A stretch of 61,255 bases of DNA, the filler included, from Alphaproteobacteria bacterium (GTDB lineage Bacteria > Pseudomonadota > Alphaproteobacteria > Caedimonadales > UBA9215): assembly GCA_024280495.1 (NCBI GenBank). It is 9 parts of 9 records of this genome, joined end to end, with 100 filler letters (N's around TTAATTAATTAA, not from the genome) between each part and the next. Parts side by side here need not be neighbours in the genome. Positions count along the whole stretch, not along the records: positions 10,234 to 13,182 come from JAJRPZ010000066.1; positions 13,283 to 29,221 come from JAJRPZ010000067.1; 7 more parts are not named here. The stretch is one strand, 5' to 3'. Each line of letters opens with the position of its first letter. The first letter of the stretch is position 1. Shown here one piece after another: positions 10,895 through 19,190 of this stretch. The notes beneath the pieces are model-generated. The model did not search any database. It was not told the origin of the DNA and saw nothing but the letters and a program-made list of their open reading frames with translations. Both the position numbers and the translations under genes were made by a program.

Positions 10895-11635
10895 TTACTC
10901 ATCCTCAATACGTTTAAAAGCTGGTTCTGGGTATTTTTCTAATTCCGCATCTTCCGATTGTATTAAATTGTTACTTTCCTCTTCTGTAATATATGTTTGA
11001 GGCATAAGGTAATTGCTCTCTTTGTATAGTTCACAACGAGTCGGCTTGTCTGGGTCTCGATTGATGAATGTCGCCATCAATTGTCTTTTCACATTAAAGT
11101 CATGTGATATCTTATTTGTAACATTCTTATGGACGATTAAGGAACTTCCTGGGCCGTCAAAAAATTTGACTCTACGCAAGTTCTTTTTTGCGAGTTCCCT
11201 CAATTCCTGTGCGTGCTGCTGATCCATCGGCATCTCCTTTTTGATAAAAATATCTTTACCGTTAATTTTAAACTTGTAAAACTTTACTGTTAATTCATTA
11301 ATTTTTTGATAAAGATTGTCAATGGAATAAGGTTTTTCTAAATAATCATCCATTCCTATTGCCAAATATACTTCTTTGGCTCTTAAGTTACCCGTTAATG
11401 CCATAATGGGAAAGTAATTCAAATTGCGGCGGATGATTTTTGTTGCTTCAAAACCATTCATTATGGGCATGTCGATATCCATAAGGCACAGGTCATATTC
11501 GCCTTCATGCATTTGAGCTTGTTCAACAGCTTCCTGGCCGTTAGCAGCAATGTCAAAATCAAATCCCCAGCGCCTCATTAACTTTCCGGCTATTCCTTGA
11601 AGGGCAGCATCATCTTCTGCTATTAGAATTCTCAT
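10895..11635 (-). CDS. Response regulator receiver fused to an unrecognised ~130-aa C-terminal domain (cassette B)
   Basis: AGGAGG RBS directly after attC2, then MRILIAEDD; phosphoacceptor residues intact. Confidence 0.9.
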   Translation of the reverse strand: MRILIAEDDAALQGIAGKLMRRWGFDFDIAANGQEAVEQAQMHEGEYDLCLMDIDMPIMNGFEATKIIRRNLNYFPIMALTGNLRAKEVYLAIGMDDYLEKPYSIDNLYQKINELTVKFYKFKINGKDIFIKKEMPMDQQHAQELRELAKKNLRRVKFFDGPGSSLIVHKNVTNKISHDFNVKRQLMATFINRDPDKPTRCELYKESNYLMPQTYITEEESNNLIQSEDAELEKYPEPAFKRIEDE

Positions 11636-11651
11636 ATTAAACTTTCCTCCT

Positions 11652-11784
11652 GCCGAACGCTGCGGCTCAGGGGCGGCAAACAATGCGGGGCAATCAACTA
11701 CGAATTACCACCAGACTTTATGCGGAGCACTGACTTGAGAAAACCGCTGTGCTGTTTGCCGTCCCTTGCAGCCGATTGTTATGT
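11652..11784 (-). repeat. Integron attC site 2 (133 bp)
   Basis: Minus strand ACATAAC-aat-CGGCTGCAAGGGACGGCAAACA...TGTTTGCCGCCCCTGAGCCG-cagc-GTTCGGC; the methyltransferase stop TAA lies in the R'' box. Confidence 0.9.
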
Positions 11785-12363
11785 GCATTGATGTTCTTTT
11801 TTCCCTACTACTAAAAAATGCTTTGGTAATTTATTAATAATTTTTACATGTTTAAATCCAGAATTCACCATTTGTTTATTGACTTGCTCAGGCAAGCATC
11901 TGATTTGCATTGGAGGTCCTTCATCCATATCTTTCTTTTTCCAATCAACAATAAAAATATTTCCCCTAGGTTTCAATATCCTATACGACTCTTCAAGTAT
12001 CAGAGTTGGATTGTCTATTTCATGATGAAGGTTGATCATAAACACTAAGTCTGCGATTTCATCATCAAGTGGTATGGAATCTTCTTCAGTTTTCACAGGA
12101 ATTATATTAGGATGCTTTGGAACAACATTTGCCTCTATCCAGTCGATCATTATTTCCGATACATCACAAGCGTAAATTTTTGAAGGTTTTGCATGCTGGA
12201 GAAATGCAATACTGAAAAATGCCGTTCCTGCACCTATTTCAACAAGTACGTCTGTTTTTTCTATGCTCAATTTGTCCCAAACATAATCAGGAGGGATGTC
12301 TTCCAATCTTTGGGGATTATTCAACTTATGCAATTTTTTGGGGTCAAACTTTTTTTCGTTCAT
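11779..12363 (-). CDS. Class I SAM-dependent methyltransferase (cassette A, gene 2)
   Basis: LVEIGAGTAFF, IYACDVS, NLHHEI and RILKPRGNIFIVDW. Confidence 0.92.
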   Translation of the reverse strand: MNEKKFDPKKLHKLNNPQRLEDIPPDYVWDKLSIEKTDVLVEIGAGTAFFSIAFLQHAKPSKIYACDVSEIMIDWIEANVVPKHPNIIPVKTEEDSIPLDDEIADLVFMINLHHEIDNPTLILEESYRILKPRGNIFIVDWKKKDMDEGPPMQIRCLPEQVNKQMVNSGFKHVKIINKLPKHFLVVGKKEHQCT

Positions 12364-12404
12364 ATGAAGACCTTGAATTTTTTAAATATTATTGTTCACA
12401 TTCA

Positions 12405-12755
12405 TTACCATAAACAAAAAACTTTTTTATCACCTTTCATGGTTGCTCTTATTTTTTCCATGTGCCTTAATGTGGCGATTTCCCGCTGTAAATCACTCAA
12501 CTTTATACCAATTTTTTTTGTCAAAAGTTCTAGTTCGATACCACCTGTTTCTTTTAGTACACCCAAAATATTTTCTTGCATTTTTGTTAAGGTAGAACCA
12601 TTATCAGTCATTGATTTTGCAGTATAAACAGCCCAAGGATCACAAGTTTTCACAGGAGAAAGTACATCCATATAACAATCTTCACACAATATCTGTCCCA
12701 TATATTCCGTTTCGCCGCTTCTCTCGATTTGACAGCTACATTTATCACACTTCAT
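12405..12755 (-). CDS. Cys4 zinc-finger plus winged-HTH-like small protein (cassette A, gene 1)
   Basis: CDKC...CEDC, CDPWAV and a C-terminal HTH-like segment (LELLTKKIGIKLSDLQREIATLRHM); GAGGAG RBS. Confidence 0.7.
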   Translation of the reverse strand: MKCDKCSCQIERSGETEYMGQILCEDCYMDVLSPVKTCDPWAVYTAKSMTDNGSTLTKMQENILGVLKETGGIELELLTKKIGIKLSDLQREIATLRHMEKIRATMKGDKKVFCLW

Positions 12756-12806
12756 TTTTCTCCTCCTCGAATAAAATTTATTTCTTCAAACAGCTATTTT
12801 GCTAGC

Positions 12807-12866
12807 ACATAACACTGCTAATCAGCCGCGCGGTTTTTTGCGTCGGCTGAATTAGCCTTGTTAGAA
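12807..12866 (-). repeat. Integron attC site 1 (60 bp, classic 59-base-element type)
   Basis: Minus strand TTCTAAC-aag-GCTAATTCAGCCGACGC-aaaaaacc-GCGCGGCTGATTAGC-agt-GTTATGT, with two unpaired bases in the left arm. Confidence 0.92.
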
Positions 12867-13182
12867 GTTAAACCTTTTTCGTCTACATGTTCAGGAACCC
12901 GAATAATCCCTTTTAATAGGCTTTTAAGGCCAGACTCGTAGTCATCTGAAAAATCGGCCCACATTCTTTCCTTAAATACGTCAGGAATTTTCCCTTCCCT
13001 CATCTTGAGTGGAATAATAAATGGTCGGGACCGCTCTTTTTCCTGTTCATATGCTATTTCAATCTCTTTATATACCCAACTATTACCTCTATCTTCGGAG
13101 GTTGGAACTAATATCACCCATTGGCTTTCCTTAAGGGCTTCCTCGATTTTTGGCTTTATGCTATCACCCGGCTTAAGTTCAT
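12818..13182 (-). CDS. TIR-domain protein, 5' truncated (cassette gene)
   Basis: Open to the contig end: ELKPGDSIKPKIEEALKESQWVILVPTSEDRGNSWVYKEIEIA...IIPL...WADF; reads into attC1. Confidence 0.85.
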
Positions 13183-13282
13183 NNNNNNNNNNNNNNNNNN
13201 NNNNNNNNNNNNNNNNNNNNNNNNNNTTAATTAATTAANNNNNNNNNNNNNNNNNNNNNNNNNNNNNNNNNNNNNNNNNNNN

Positions 13283-13894
13283 TGGTATATGGTGAAAAGC
13301 GGTCTCAGTCAGGATCCAGAAGTAAGCCCATATCGTCTTTGTGCCCATTTATTATTAGCTTTTTTAACAGCAGCATTGTTATTATGGTCGACTCTTAAAA
13401 TGCGTCACCCTCACTATAAATCTTACTTTTGGCGGCATGTAAAAGTCCCCCTAAATATGTTTTTTTTCGTCCTTATTATAATGACTATTATTTATGGATC
13501 TTTTGTTGCTGGGATGAAAGCTGGGCTCTTATATAATACGTTTCCCTTGATGGGAGATTCCTTTGTTCCTTCGGAAACTTTTTACCATGACCCTTGGTAC
13601 ATGAATTTTATTATGAATCCTGTGACAGTGCAGCTTACCCACCGAGTCTTAGCAATTTTGACATTTGTCTTTGCTTGGTTGTATGTATTGCGCGATTTCA
13701 AAGGGTCTCAGTCAGAGGTTCAAAAAAAATGGCTCATTATTTTATTGGGATGGTCTCTCGTTCAAGTAAGCTTGGGTATTGTGACGCTTTTAAGTATGGT
13801 ACAACATGACCTTGCCGTTTTACACCAAGTAGGGGCTCTTGTATTTGTCTTATTATTTTTAGGAACGTTGTTTTTTAGAAGGCTGACACCTTAA
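13283..13894 (+). CDS. ctaA: Heme A synthase (COX15/CtaA), 5' truncated
   Basis: WYMVKSGL, VSPYRLCAH, YNTFPLMG, QLTHR and HQVGA. Confidence 0.93.
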   Translation, partial: WYMVKSGLSQDPEVSPYRLCAHLLLAFLTAALLLWSTLKMRHPHYKSYFWRHVKVPLNMFFFVLIIMTIIYGSFVAGMKAGLLYNTFPLMGDSFVPSETFYHDPWYMNFIMNPVTVQLTHRVLAILTFVFAWLYVLRDFKGSQSEVQKKWLIILLGWSLVQVSLGIVTLLSMVQHDLAVLHQVGALVFVLLFLGTLFFRRLTP

Positions 13895-14565
13895 AATTGA
13901 ACCTGAATGGATTTAGCGCCAACAATATTTCTTGGATAAGAGGTTTCAAACGCCACACGTTCACCAGGATATATCTTAGATTCTGATGGCGCATACTCCC
14001 ATTTGGCGAGCTTGCACTGATGGGCGCCTTTAGATTTTAGAGTCTGCGTCATTAATTTTTCGTACCATGTTGCTTTATCACAGTCCCCCTTAACAACAAT
14101 AGTCAGCGATGCCATGTTACGCACTTCGGTTCCTATGTTCACCACGGTCCCAGTGAGCATGAGACGCTGACCTGATTTTGTTTTTTCAATGAGGGGACGT
14201 AGATTTTCAAAAGTTAGTCCTTCAAGGGTGGGTTTTGGACCAAGCCCCACCATTTGATAACCCTGGCGCGTAGAGGGCCATAATTCCATGATATAAGGCC
14301 TGGCAAAAACCAACCCTAGAGTAATGGAAATGAACGTAATTATCATCAAGACCCAACCAAGATTCAGACCAGATTTTGGGGACGCTTTAGAAGACTCAAT
14401 GCCAATGAGGTCAAGGTGAACTTGCTCTAATTCCTTAGCACCAGGCGCGGGTTTAAAAAACCAATTGTGCTGGCAGGCAACGCATTGAACTTGGCGCCCA
14501 GAAGGCTCAATGGAAGAATCTTCAACGAGATAACGTTTTGAACAAGAGGGACAGGTGATAATCAT
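13891..14565 (-). CDS. MJ0042-type zinc-ribbon / DUF3426-like membrane-anchored protein
   Basis: MIITCPSCSKRY...GRQVQCVACQHNW, one TM helix and a beta-rich C-terminus. Confidence 0.85.
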   Translation of the reverse strand: MIITCPSCSKRYLVEDSSIEPSGRQVQCVACQHNWFFKPAPGAKELEQVHLDLIGIESSKASPKSGLNLGWVLMIITFISITLGLVFARPYIMELWPSTRQGYQMVGLGPKPTLEGLTFENLRPLIEKTKSGQRLMLTGTVVNIGTEVRNMASLTIVVKGDCDKATWYEKLMTQTLKSKGAHQCKLAKWEYAPSESKIYPGERVAFETSYPRNIVGAKSIQVQF

Positions 14566-14609
14566 TGATATTTAAGCCTTAAATGTACTTATTGATTATA
14601 GAAGCTTCT

Positions 14610-15188
14610 TTATATATAGGCAAGGAGAACAAAACCTAAAAGAATAACGATTAAAACAACACTGGTGATTAGGCCAAGGTTTTTTTCAATATAAAGTCTA
14701 AGCTGCGGTCCCGCATAACGAAGAACTGCCGCAACCATGTAGAACCTAAAAGAGCGTGCCACAACAGAGGCTGCCAAAAAAATACCCATGTCTAATTTTG
14801 CAACGCCACTAAAAATTGTAACTACTTTATAAGGAATGGGAGTTAAGCCTTTGGCAGCAATAATCCAAAATCCCCATTTATTAAAACTATCTTGAAACTT
14901 ATCAAAGGCACTTTGCATGTGATAGGTTTCGATAATCCATTCGCCAACGGATTCATAAAGGGCATAGCCAATATAATACCCCAGGATTCCCCCGATAACA
15001 GAGCTCGCTGTGCAAATAAAGGCGAGTTTCCACGCATCTTCAACGCGCGCTAAAATCATTGCCATATAAAGAGGGTCAGGTGGCAGCGGGAAAAAAGAAC
15101 TTTCTGCGAAAGAAACGGCAACAAGCATCCAACGTGCCTTTGACGTGCCTGCATGAGCCATGATCCAGTTGTAACTTTTTTTCAACAT
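14610..15188 (-). CDS. YqaA/DedA family membrane protein
   Basis: SFAESSFFPLPPD and TPIPYKV. Confidence 0.92.
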   Translation of the reverse strand: MLKKSYNWIMAHAGTSKARWMLVAVSFAESSFFPLPPDPLYMAMILARVEDAWKLAFICTASSVIGGILGYYIGYALYESVGEWIIETYHMQSAFDKFQDSFNKWGFWIIAAKGLTPIPYKVVTIFSGVAKLDMGIFLAASVVARSFRFYMVAAVLRYAGPQLRLYIEKNLGLITSVVLIVILLGFVLLAYI

Positions 15189-15208
15189 CGTTTTTCACCT
15201 ATAGATAG

Positions 15209-15313
15209 TATAGTTGATTAGTTTTTTGTTTACACGAGGCGTAAGGAACGACGGCTATATTTATAGTCAAGGAGCGTAGCAACAAAGTGTAAACGTAAAA
15301 ATGATTAGCTATA
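15209..15313. repeat. Palindromic repeat family A, copy 1 (105 bp)
   Basis: 96/105 identical to 22351-22455; TATAG...CTATA ends; GTTTACAC/GTGTAAAC arms. Confidence 0.9.
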
Positions 15314-15365
15314 TCTTCTTTTCTAACATATTTTTTTTAATATATGGGCATGAATAAAAAAAGAT

Positions 15366-15387
15366 GCACTTCACATGTGAAGGGACC
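15366..15387. mobile_element. Solo IS30-type terminal inverted repeat
   Basis: GCACTTCACATGTGAAGGGACC matches the IS30 ends at 29413-29434 and 57792-57813 at 21/22 positions. Confidence 0.75.
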
Positions 15388-15390
15388 CTA

Positions 15391-15448
15391 TATAAGTTAT
15401 AGACGTTGGTCCTTCGCTCCTAGACTGAAACTTCTTGGAGCGACTATA
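15391..15448 (-). repeat. Palindromic repeat family B, half copy
   Basis: Its reverse complement aligns with the first half of 31391-31497. Confidence 0.8.
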
Positions 15449-15469
15449 AAAAACCCTTTACAGAGGGTT

Positions 15470-15946
15470 TTATACAAATATAGAAGAGCTTATTTTTAAA
15501 GCTTCAGTGACGTGCCCCATGATTTTTACTTTGGACCATACGTATTGAATTTCTCCTCTTTCATCCAGCAGAAAAGTAGATCTCTCAATGCCTAAGTATT
15601 TTTTTCCAAACATATTTTTTTCTTTTATAACACCAAAAGCGTCACAAAAAATACTTTCGGTATCGGCGATCAAGGGAAAAGGGAGGTTATGTTTTTTTGT
15701 AAAATTTTTATGTTTTTGAACGGAATCACGTGAAATGCCGATTATTTGGATGTTTATAGCTTTAAAATCATCAGATACTTCCCTGAATCCACAAGATTCA
15801 ATTGTACATCCAGGCGTGTTGTCTTTAGGATAGAAAAAAAGAATAAGTTTTTGTCCCAGAAATTGCACCAATGAAATGTCATTGCCATTTTGATCAAGGG
15901 CTTTAAGATCTTTAAATCCAGGAATATCTTGATGAGCCTCAAGCAT
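15470..15946 (-). CDS. bcp: Peroxiredoxin Bcp/PrxQ
   Basis: FYPKDNTPGCTIESC and GIERSTF. Confidence 0.95.
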   Translation of the reverse strand: MLEAHQDIPGFKDLKALDQNGNDISLVQFLGQKLILFFYPKDNTPGCTIESCGFREVSDDFKAINIQIIGISRDSVQKHKNFTKKHNLPFPLIADTESIFCDAFGVIKEKNMFGKKYLGIERSTFLLDERGEIQYVWSKVKIMGHVTEALKISSSIFV

Positions 15947-16013
15947 TTTTTTCTCCTTTTAGGGTTCAGCTATGCTAGTATTCTAAGGAACTACATGATG
16001 AAAGAATACTCCT

Positions 16014-19000
16014 TTGCGCGAAATACTTAAACGCTTTTCGAAACTCTTTTTTCTTTTTGTTGCAGGATTGTTCTCCTTAACCCTTTCTTTTTTCTTTGTC
16101 TTGGTATTGGTTGTTGGGTTTCAAACATCCAAAGGCCCCTTGGATCTAACATTTGTAAAACCCCACCTTCAAAATATTTTAAAGCATACATCTTATGATT
16201 TTACCTATGATGCCCTTAAGGTTATATGGCCGACTCTTGATGACCCTATTATTTTGCGGGCACATAAAGTTACGGCGCAAAAACAGAATAAGGCGGGTCA
16301 TCCTGTTTGGGCTATTGATATAAAAAACATTGAGCTTGTTTATCCTTTCTCTTCTATTTGGCATACAAAAGGGGTGCCGTCTCATGTGAGTGTTCAAGGC
16401 GCGATCACCACGGTCAATAAATCATTCTTTAAGTCCATTGAAACTGAGGGACAAAAAGAAAAACTTGATATTAATTTTAAATCCATAAATAAAGTTTTGC
16501 GTTCTGTTGTGCATTTGAAAAAAATGGACCTTTTGGATTGTAAAGTGTCTTTAATACAGAAAAATCAAAGAACTACTTTTGATATTTCAGGGAATCTAGC
16601 GCAGGACTCAGAAAAACTTTTTGGAAATATTAATGTTGAAAACACCCAGGATAGTGGACTTGTGACCTTAGAAATTTCCTATCCTTTTGTAAAAAATATT
16701 TTAACTTTGAAAGTTAATTCACAGGGCTTTGATAGCCACTCTGTGAAGACTTTTTTTTCATCTGATATTTTAGACAAAATATTTTTTCAAGATTCAAAGG
16801 TCAAGCTGGTTTACGACTATTTTTTAAAAACAAGAAAGCATGAAGGGCGTGTGACTTTCTCCGTCATTGGCCTTGTGGTAAGTGATGCTTGTCTTTGGAA
16901 AGAACCCCTTTCTTTTCCTGAAGTGACTTTTAACGCCCTTTTAAAAGACAGTCGTCTTTCTGTGAAAACATTTAAAACCGACATTCATGGCGTGCCCGTT
17001 TATATGAAAATGACAGGGGACATTGACTCAGAAACAGATAGAATTTCATCAACGGTATCTGTATTTGTCGAAAACCTTACCTTCCAAGATGTCCCTAAAC
17101 TTTGGCCTCGAAAGGCGGCTCCTGATCCCCGTGAATGGATTACTGAAAACATTCAAAAGGGCAAAGTTCCCAAAGCAGCATTTGTTTTAGAAAGTATATT
17201 AGATTTTTCGGGAAAGGGGCCTTTTTTTCAGCTCGTGAAATTGGGCGGTGAAATTAACCTGACTGAAACCATTTTAACCTATCAAAAAACCATGCCAGCC
17301 ATTACTGACATTAAAGCCAAGGCAATATATGATCAGGAGCATTTTGATATTAAAATTGAAAGTGCCAATCATAATGGATTACAACTTAAGGATGCTCATG
17401 TTTTCATCGGGAAATTTTCTGATCCTGTGCCACACATTGATATTAAAGCTAAAATCGTGGGTGATTTAGGTCGGGCCCTTTCTATTATTGACCGTCCTCC
17501 GTTGAGTTATGGTAAGGATATTGGTCTGGATCCAATGCTTGCCCGTGGACGCTTATCTGGAAACTTCAAAATGAGTTTCCCCCTATCAAGCCCTTTTGAT
17601 TCTAGTGCTATTCAAACTTATTTTAAGGGAACAGTGGCAAAAGCAGGCCTTGGTAATATAGTGAATCTTAACTTAAATCTCACAAAGGGCGACATAGGTA
17701 TTGATTTAACTCCTGATGGCATTCAAGTTATGGCCCATGGACTTGTAAATAAACAGATTTCAAAGATATCCGTTCATCAAAACTTTAAAAAAGAACTTTT
17801 GAAAATATCTGCAAAAACATTTCTTTCCAATGACTTTTTAGAAGATTATAAAAAAGGTATCAGCGCCCTTTTTAAAGGTAGTGCACAAACGACTATCACC
17901 TACGAGCAACATAAAAAAAAACCTGGGTCTTTGGTGATGATTTCTGATTTGAAAAATGTCGCTATCAATACATTGATCATGAAAAAACAACGGAATATTC
18001 CTGGTTCTTTGCGTTTTGAAGGCAGATTTAATGAAGGAAAGCTTCTTTCATTTTCCCCTCTTTCTTATGAAGATAAAAATGGATGGAAAATTCTAATATC
18101 TGGGTTTAAAGATAAAAATAACAGCCCTAAAACAATTGTTGATGGTTTTGATGTGCGGGCAAAACACCATGGTAAACCCATTCTAAATTTGACGTTCTGG
18201 CCCAATAAATACGGCTCTCAGGTTCTGGATATTCAAGGTGAAGATGTAAATTTAAAAACATATTTTGAGACAGATTTGTCTAACTCTGGCCTGGTGAGTG
18301 AGAAAATTAAATCTATGCCATTGCATTTGGTATTTAAAGCAAAAAGAATTACTGTAAATTCACCACTGGGGATTGTAAATCCTTACCTTGATGTGCATTT
18401 TGAAAATAGTGCCATTAAGCTCTTGCAGTTTCGAGGACAAACAGAAGAAGGCGTTGGGGGAAATCGTGATATTTTTGCAGAAATTCATAATCAGGTAACT
18501 GGACCAAATAAAGGTATGCGCAAATTGCGTCTACAAACGGAACAGGGGGGGGCTTTTCTGAGGGCACTTGATATTTTTAAAAATATTAGAGGTGGACAGC
18601 TTAAAATAATTGCTTTTAATGACCAGCGTTTTCAGAAAAAAACATGGATCGGTAAGGTTCGTATGCGTTCTTTTTCTTTGTTAGATACACCTTTTATAAC
18701 AAGGCTTTTGGCATTAATTCCTTCGGGAGGAGCGGAACTAACACCTGGAAACGGTATTAAAATGGCGACTTTAAAAATGCGTTTTGGTATTTCAGATACT
18801 TATTTTGAAATCCATGGGTTGCGTGCCTATGGAATGGCATTGGGTGTGAATTTATCTGGGTTCATCGAAAAGGCACGCTCTAAATCTATCAATATTAAAG
18901 GATCAATTATTCCAATGAGGGGACTCAATACGGCTATCTCTCATATTCCTATAGTGGGACCTTTGATCACAGGTGGCCAAAATGGAAGCCTTTTTTCCGT

Positions 19001-19190
19001 TGCCTTTGGTGTTGGTGGGACAACAACAAACCCAAAAATTACCTCCAATCCCTTAAGTGTTTTAACCCCTGGTATTTTGAAACATTTTTTTGGAGGAAAA
19101 GAAAACAAATTCACCATTTCCGATAAATGGTTAAATGAAAAAGATGGTGGAAAAAGAGATGTATTCGATGAAGAATTTGATAATTTCTAG
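16014..19190 (+). CDS. AsmA-like / DUF3971 (YhdP-like) protein
   Basis: N-terminal TM helix, LWP..AAPDPREWITENIQKG and C-terminal NPLSVLTPGILK; divergent from bcp as in alphaproteobacteria. Confidence 0.82.
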   Translation: MREILKRFSKLFFLFVAGLFSLTLSFFFVLVLVVGFQTSKGPLDLTFVKPHLQNILKHTSYDFTYDALKVIWPTLDDPIILRAHKVTAQKQNKAGHPVWAIDIKNIELVYPFSSIWHTKGVPSHVSVQGAITTVNKSFFKSIETEGQKEKLDINFKSINKVLRSVVHLKKMDLLDCKVSLIQKNQRTTFDISGNLAQDSEKLFGNINVENTQDSGLVTLEISYPFVKNILTLKVNSQGFDSHSVKTFFSSDILDKIFFQDSKVKLVYDYFLKTRKHEGRVTFSVIGLVVSDACLWKEPLSFPEVTFNALLKDSRLSVKTFKTDIHGVPVYMKMTGDIDSETDRISSTVSVFVENLTFQDVPKLWPRKAAPDPREWITENIQKGKVPKAAFVLESILDFSGKGPFFQLVKLGGEINLTETILTYQKTMPAITDIKAKAIYDQEHFDIKIESANHNGLQLKDAHVFIGKFSDPVPHIDIKAKIVGDLGRALSIIDRPPLSYGKDIGLDPMLARGRLSGNFKMSFPLSSPFDSSAIQTYFKGTVAKAGLGNIVNLNLNLTKGDIGIDLTPDGIQVMAHGLVNKQISKISVHQNFKKELLKISAKTFLSNDFLEDYKKGISALFKGSAQTTITYEQHKKKPGSLVMISDLKNVAINTLIMKKQRNIPGSLRFEGRFNEGKLLSFSPLSYEDKNGWKILISGFKDKNNSPKTIVDGFDVRAKHHGKPILNLTFWPNKYGSQVLDIQGEDVNLKTYFETDLSNSGLVSEKIKSMPLHLVFKAKRITVNSPLGIVNPYLDVHFENSAIKLLQFRGQTEEGVGGNRDIFAEIHNQVTGPNKGMRKLRLQTEQGGAFLRALDIFKNIRGGQLKIIAFNDQRFQKKTWIGKVRMRSFSLLDTPFITRLLALIPSGGAELTPGNGIKMATLKMRFGISDTYFEIHGLRAYGMALGVNLSGFIEKARSKSINIKGSIIPMRGLNTAISHIPIVGPLITGGQNGSLFSVAFGVGGTTTNPKITSNPLSVLTPGILKHFFGGKENKFTISDKWLNEKDGGKRDVFDEEFDNF

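Noticed and set aside
11636..11683. ORF-track N-terminal extension MFAAPEPQRSAGGKFN
   Set aside because: It is translated attC2 and RBS sequence; the paralogue supports the start at 11635
10713..12866. Palindromes read as CRISPR repeats or terminators
   Set aside because: They differ in sequence and length, are separated by whole genes and carry attC R-boxes; no CRISPR array was seen anywhere in the window
15209..15313. Family A repeat as a conserved peptide-coding insert
   Set aside because: One minus-strand frame is open in copy 1 but has a TAG in copy 2, and no copy was found inside a CDS body
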